A model generated the notes under the pieces. That model saw only the letters and a list, made by a program, of their open reading frames with translations, was not told the DNA's origin and made no database searches. Both the position numbers and the translations under genes were made by a program. Shown in pieces: positions 60,977 through 64,000 of a stretch of DNA of 64,000 nt. The stretch is taken from the NCBI GenBank assembly GCA_902540995.1, contig CACBOY010000005.1:19449-83448 (forward strand), written 5' to 3'. This DNA is from an uncultured SAR86 cluster bacterium. GTDB taxonomy: Bacteria; Pseudomonadota; Gammaproteobacteria; Magnimaribacterales; AG-339-G14. Numbering within the stretch: position 1 is the stretch's first letter; each line of letters starts with the position of its first letter.

Positions 60977-61637
60977 AAATATAATAACTATCGATGGCCC
61001 TAGTGGCGTAGGAAAAGGTACTCTTGCATTTTCGTTAGCCGAAAGACTAGGGTGGAATGTCCTTGATAGCGGGCTTCTTTACAGACTTATTGGGTATTTG
61101 AGCATTACAGAGGGATTAGAGACAACACAAGAAATTGTCCAATTTCTAAATAAATCTAAAATCGAACTTATTACTAATCTTGACGAAGGTCTTTGCGAAA
61201 TAGATCTGAATAATAATACCTTAGGAATAGAGCTTAGAAATGAAAATATAGCATCTAGAGCAGCGGAACTTGCTAAAGAAGAAGAAATTAGAAATGCAAT
61301 AATCAAAATTCAGAGGAATGCTTATGATCCCGAAAAAGGCCTTATTGCTGATGGAAGAGACATGGGGACAGTTATTTTTCCTGAAGCAGCTTTAAAAGTT
61401 TTTCTTCAAGCATCACCTGAAGTCAGAGCAGAAAGAAGAGCTAATCAGTTGAAAGAAAAGGGCATGAGCGTTATCATGCACGACCTTTTGGTACAAATTC
61501 AGCTAAGGGACGAAGAAGATATGAACAGAAAGATATCTCCTTTGAAACCAGCTGACGATTCACTAGTAATTGATACGAGTAACTTAAGTATTAAGGAAGT
61601 TGAAGGAAGGGTTATAAAGAATTTTAAAAAATTATGA
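60963..61637 (+). CDS. cmk: Cytidylate kinase
   Basis: IDGPSGVGKGT, DSGLLYR, DGRDMGT, RD..D..R; start placed at in-frame TTG 60963. Confidence 0.93.
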   Translation: MKLVKNIITIDGPSGVGKGTLAFSLAERLGWNVLDSGLLYRLIGYLSITEGLETTQEIVQFLNKSKIELITNLDEGLCEIDLNNNTLGIELRNENIASRAAELAKEEEIRNAIIKIQRNAYDPEKGLIADGRDMGTVIFPEAALKVFLQASPEVRAERRANQLKEKGMSVIMHDLLVQIQLRDEEDMNRKISPLKPADDSLVIDTSNLSIKEVEGRVIKNFKKL

Positions 61638-63307
61638 CAGAATCAGCATTTGAAAAACTTTTAGACGAAAGTCTTACAACTTTAAACTTTGAACAGGGAG
61701 CACTTATTTCCGGAGTAATAGTGGATTTAACTTCAGATTGGGTTACTGTGCATGTTGGCTTGAAATCAGAATCTCTCATTCCAAGAACCGAATTTTTAGC
61801 AGATGAAGCCGATGGAAAGCTATCAATTGGCGATGAGGTCAAAGTATCTCTTGAAGCTGTTGAAGACGGACATGGTTCTACGAGAGTTTCTAGAATAAGA
61901 GCTATGCATGATGAAAGTTGGAAAAACCTAGAAGAAGCACTAGAGACTGGTGCATTAATCAAGGGTTATATTTCTGGAAAAGTTCGAGGTGGTATGACAG
62001 TTGATGTTTCTGGAGTAAGAGCCTTTCTTCCGGGATCTTTGGTAGATTCAAGACCTTTAGATAGTTTTGATCATTTAGAAAAAACTTTTCAAGATTTCAA
62101 AGTAATTAAGCTGGATAAAGAGAAAAGTAATGTCGTTCTTTCTAGAAAAGCGGTTCAAGAAGACTTAAATTCTGAAGAAAGGGAAAAGATTTTTGCAACC
62201 ATCCAAGAAGGTTCTTTGATTTCTGGAACAGTTAAAAACCTTACTGATTATGGTGCATTCGTTGATCTTGGTGGAGTAGATGGTTTATTGCATATTACGG
62301 ATATTACTTGGAAAAGAATAAATCATCCTTCAGAAGTTTTAAATGTTGGAGACAAGCTTGATTTTAAGGTAACTAATTTTGATAAAGAAAAGTTAAGAAT
62401 CTCCCTCGGTCTTAAACAATTATCAAGCGATCCTTGGGAAAATATTAAGGACTCTTTTCCAATCAACTCTATCCATAAAGCTAAAGTTTCCAGCATAGCT
62501 GAATATGGTTTTTTTGCAGAATTAGATTCAAATACGGAAGGGTTAGTTCACATTTCTGAAATTGACTGGACAAACAAAAGTATTCATCCTTCCAAAGTTG
62601 TTTCATTAGGCGATCATGTTGATGTAATGATTTTGGAAATTGATGTAGATAAAAGAAGAGTTTCTCTTGGGATGAAACAATGCCAAGAAAATCCTTGGTT
62701 AACTTTCTCCGAAAATAATAGTCTCGGCGATGTTGTTAAGGGCGAGGTAAGATCAATTACAGATTTTGGAATGTTTATAGGCCTTGATGGAAATATTGAT
62801 GGACTTGTACATTTATCAGACCTTTCTTGGAATCAATCTGAAGAAGAGGCAGTTAAATCTTTTTCTAAAGGGCAAGAAGTAGAAGCTGTTATTCTAGGAA
62901 TAGATCCGCATAAAGAAAGGATATCTTTAGGTATTAAACAACTCTCTGAAGACGTATTTGACACATTTGCTAAAAATAATCCAAAAGGGACTGAATTAAC
63001 TGGTTCAGTCAGTTCAATTGGAGAAGATTTAATTTTTATTGGCTTGGCTGAAAATGTTATTGGAAAAATTAAGACCAAAGAATTTAAAGATAATCTTCCA
63101 TCTGAAGGTGACAGCATAACTTCTCTCGTAACGTCGATAGATAGAAAAAATAGACAAGTAAACTTGTCAGTTTTTGCACTAGAAAAATCTCAGGAAAAAG
63201 AGCTCATCAAAGAAAATATATCCAAAAACAAACAAATTGAATCAGAAACTAAAACTTCAATTGGTGATCTTATCCAAGAAGAACTAAGTGATTCTTCAAA
63301 GGATTGA
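61634..63307 (+). CDS. rpsA: 30S ribosomal protein S1
   Basis: Repeated S1 domains (YGAFVDLGGVDGLLHITD, GLVHISE, GLVHLSD). Confidence 0.97.
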   Translation: MTESAFEKLLDESLTTLNFEQGALISGVIVDLTSDWVTVHVGLKSESLIPRTEFLADEADGKLSIGDEVKVSLEAVEDGHGSTRVSRIRAMHDESWKNLEEALETGALIKGYISGKVRGGMTVDVSGVRAFLPGSLVDSRPLDSFDHLEKTFQDFKVIKLDKEKSNVVLSRKAVQEDLNSEEREKIFATIQEGSLISGTVKNLTDYGAFVDLGGVDGLLHITDITWKRINHPSEVLNVGDKLDFKVTNFDKEKLRISLGLKQLSSDPWENIKDSFPINSIHKAKVSSIAEYGFFAELDSNTEGLVHISEIDWTNKSIHPSKVVSLGDHVDVMILEIDVDKRRVSLGMKQCQENPWLTFSENNSLGDVVKGEVRSITDFGMFIGLDGNIDGLVHLSDLSWNQSEEEAVKSFSKGQEVEAVILGIDPHKERISLGIKQLSEDVFDTFAKNNPKGTELTGSVSSIGEDLIFIGLAENVIGKIKTKEFKDNLPSEGDSITSLVTSIDRKNRQVNLSVFALEKSQEKELIKENISKNKQIESETKTSIGDLIQEELSDSSKD

Positions 63308-63583
63308 ATGAAGAAATCTGATTTTATTTCATTACTCTCTGAGAACCTTGAAGATTTCAACGAGTTAGATATAAATCTTTCAGCTGATTTAATACAAAAA
63401 GCTGTCGTAGAATCGCTGAGAAAAAGAAATAGAGTTGAAATTAGAGGTTTTGGATCCTTTTGTATAAGAGATAGAAAATCTATTCGAGCTAGAAATCCAA
63501 AATCTGGTGAGTCTATAGAGTTACCAAAAAGATCTATTCCATACTTTAGAGCCTCTAAATTATTGAAACAAAGGATCAACTAG
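63308..63583 (+). CDS. ihfB: Integration host factor beta subunit
   Basis: RVEIRGFGSF, ARNPKSGE; follows rpsA. Confidence 0.9.
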   Translation: MKKSDFISLLSENLEDFNELDINLSADLIQKAVVESLRKRNRVEIRGFGSFCIRDRKSIRARNPKSGESIELPKRSIPYFRASKLLKQRIN

Positions 63584-63602
63584 GATGTGTTAATATAGTT
63601 TC

Positions 63603-63848
63603 ATGAAATATTTTTATTTCATCATACTAATTCTTCTAATTACCTCTTTTTTTGTATTTGCGAATCTTAATTCAAACATAATTGTCTTGGATTTATTCTT
63701 TTTAAAAATCGAGGGCGTATCTATTGGATTTTCTATGATTTTTGCCGTTCTTTTTGGAGTTATTATTTCTCTAATTCTACAATTGCCTAGGTTGCTTAGT
63801 CGAAATTCAAAGGTTTTTGATAAGAAAGATGAAAATTCTCAAACCTAA
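63603..63848 (+). CDS. lapA: LapA-like small membrane protein (DUF1049)
   Basis: Two TM segments around FANLN..V.LD; position after ihfB. Confidence 0.65.
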   Translation: MKYFYFIILILLITSFFVFANLNSNIIVLDLFFLKIEGVSIGFSMIFAVLFGVIISLILQLPRLLSRNSKVFDKKDENSQT

Positions 63849-64000
63849 GCAAATTATTGTAGCGTTGGATTTCGATTCATTAGAAGAAGTGAACTCCATT
63901 GTAAAGCTTTTAGATCCAGAAATTTATAGACTAAAAATTGGAAAGCAGCTCTATGCTGGTGAAGGTCCTAAAATTTTAGAAAATTTGAATAAAAAAGGTT
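63829..64000 (+). CDS. pyrF: Orotidine-5'-phosphate decarboxylase (5' part; runs off window end)
   Basis: Not in the ORF track. ATG 63829 gives MKILKPKQIIVALDF...RLKIGKQL...GP, the typical PyrF N-terminus. Confidence 0.9.
   Translation, partial: MKILKPKQIIVALDFDSLEEVNSIVKLLDPEIYRLKIGKQLYAGEGPKILENLNKKG

Overview
AT-rich, very gene-dense chromosomal window from a streamlined gammaproteobacterium. Gene order, a giant TonB-dependent receptor and lipid-catabolic genes suggest the marine SAR86 clade (inference, no phylogeny run). About 60 CDS, mostly housekeeping: aroB/aroK, mrcA, slmA, argB, algC, ilvE, panBC, lpxL/waaA, PII, miaA-hflKC-hisZ-purA, glyA-nrdR-ribD-ribBX-ribH-nusB, thiL-pgpA, xseB-ispA-dxs, aroG, nadE, scpAB-rluB, ubiG-gph, pntAA/AB/B, gyrA-serC-pheA-hisC-tyrA-aroA-cmk-rpsA-ihfB-lapA-pyrF. 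I found no rRNA, tRNA, CRISPR array, IS element or prophage. Four things stand out. (1) A four-gene module of unknown function: GT4 glycosyltransferase, methyltransferase, (alpha/alpha)-barrel prenyltransferase-like protein and a second methyltransferase. (2) A phage-type replication pair with no other phage genes around it: a protein with three exact 73-aa DnaT-like repeats, plus a lambda-P-like helicase loader. (3) A 1253-aa TonB-dependent receptor with 14 Cys in 7 local pairs, behind a leader with two mutually exclusive pairings over its Shine-Dalgarno. (4) An inferred 10.7-kb inversion, and clean losses from conserved operons (pilMNOPQ, hfq-hflX, riboflavin synthase, lapB). All calls come from motif recognition by eye.
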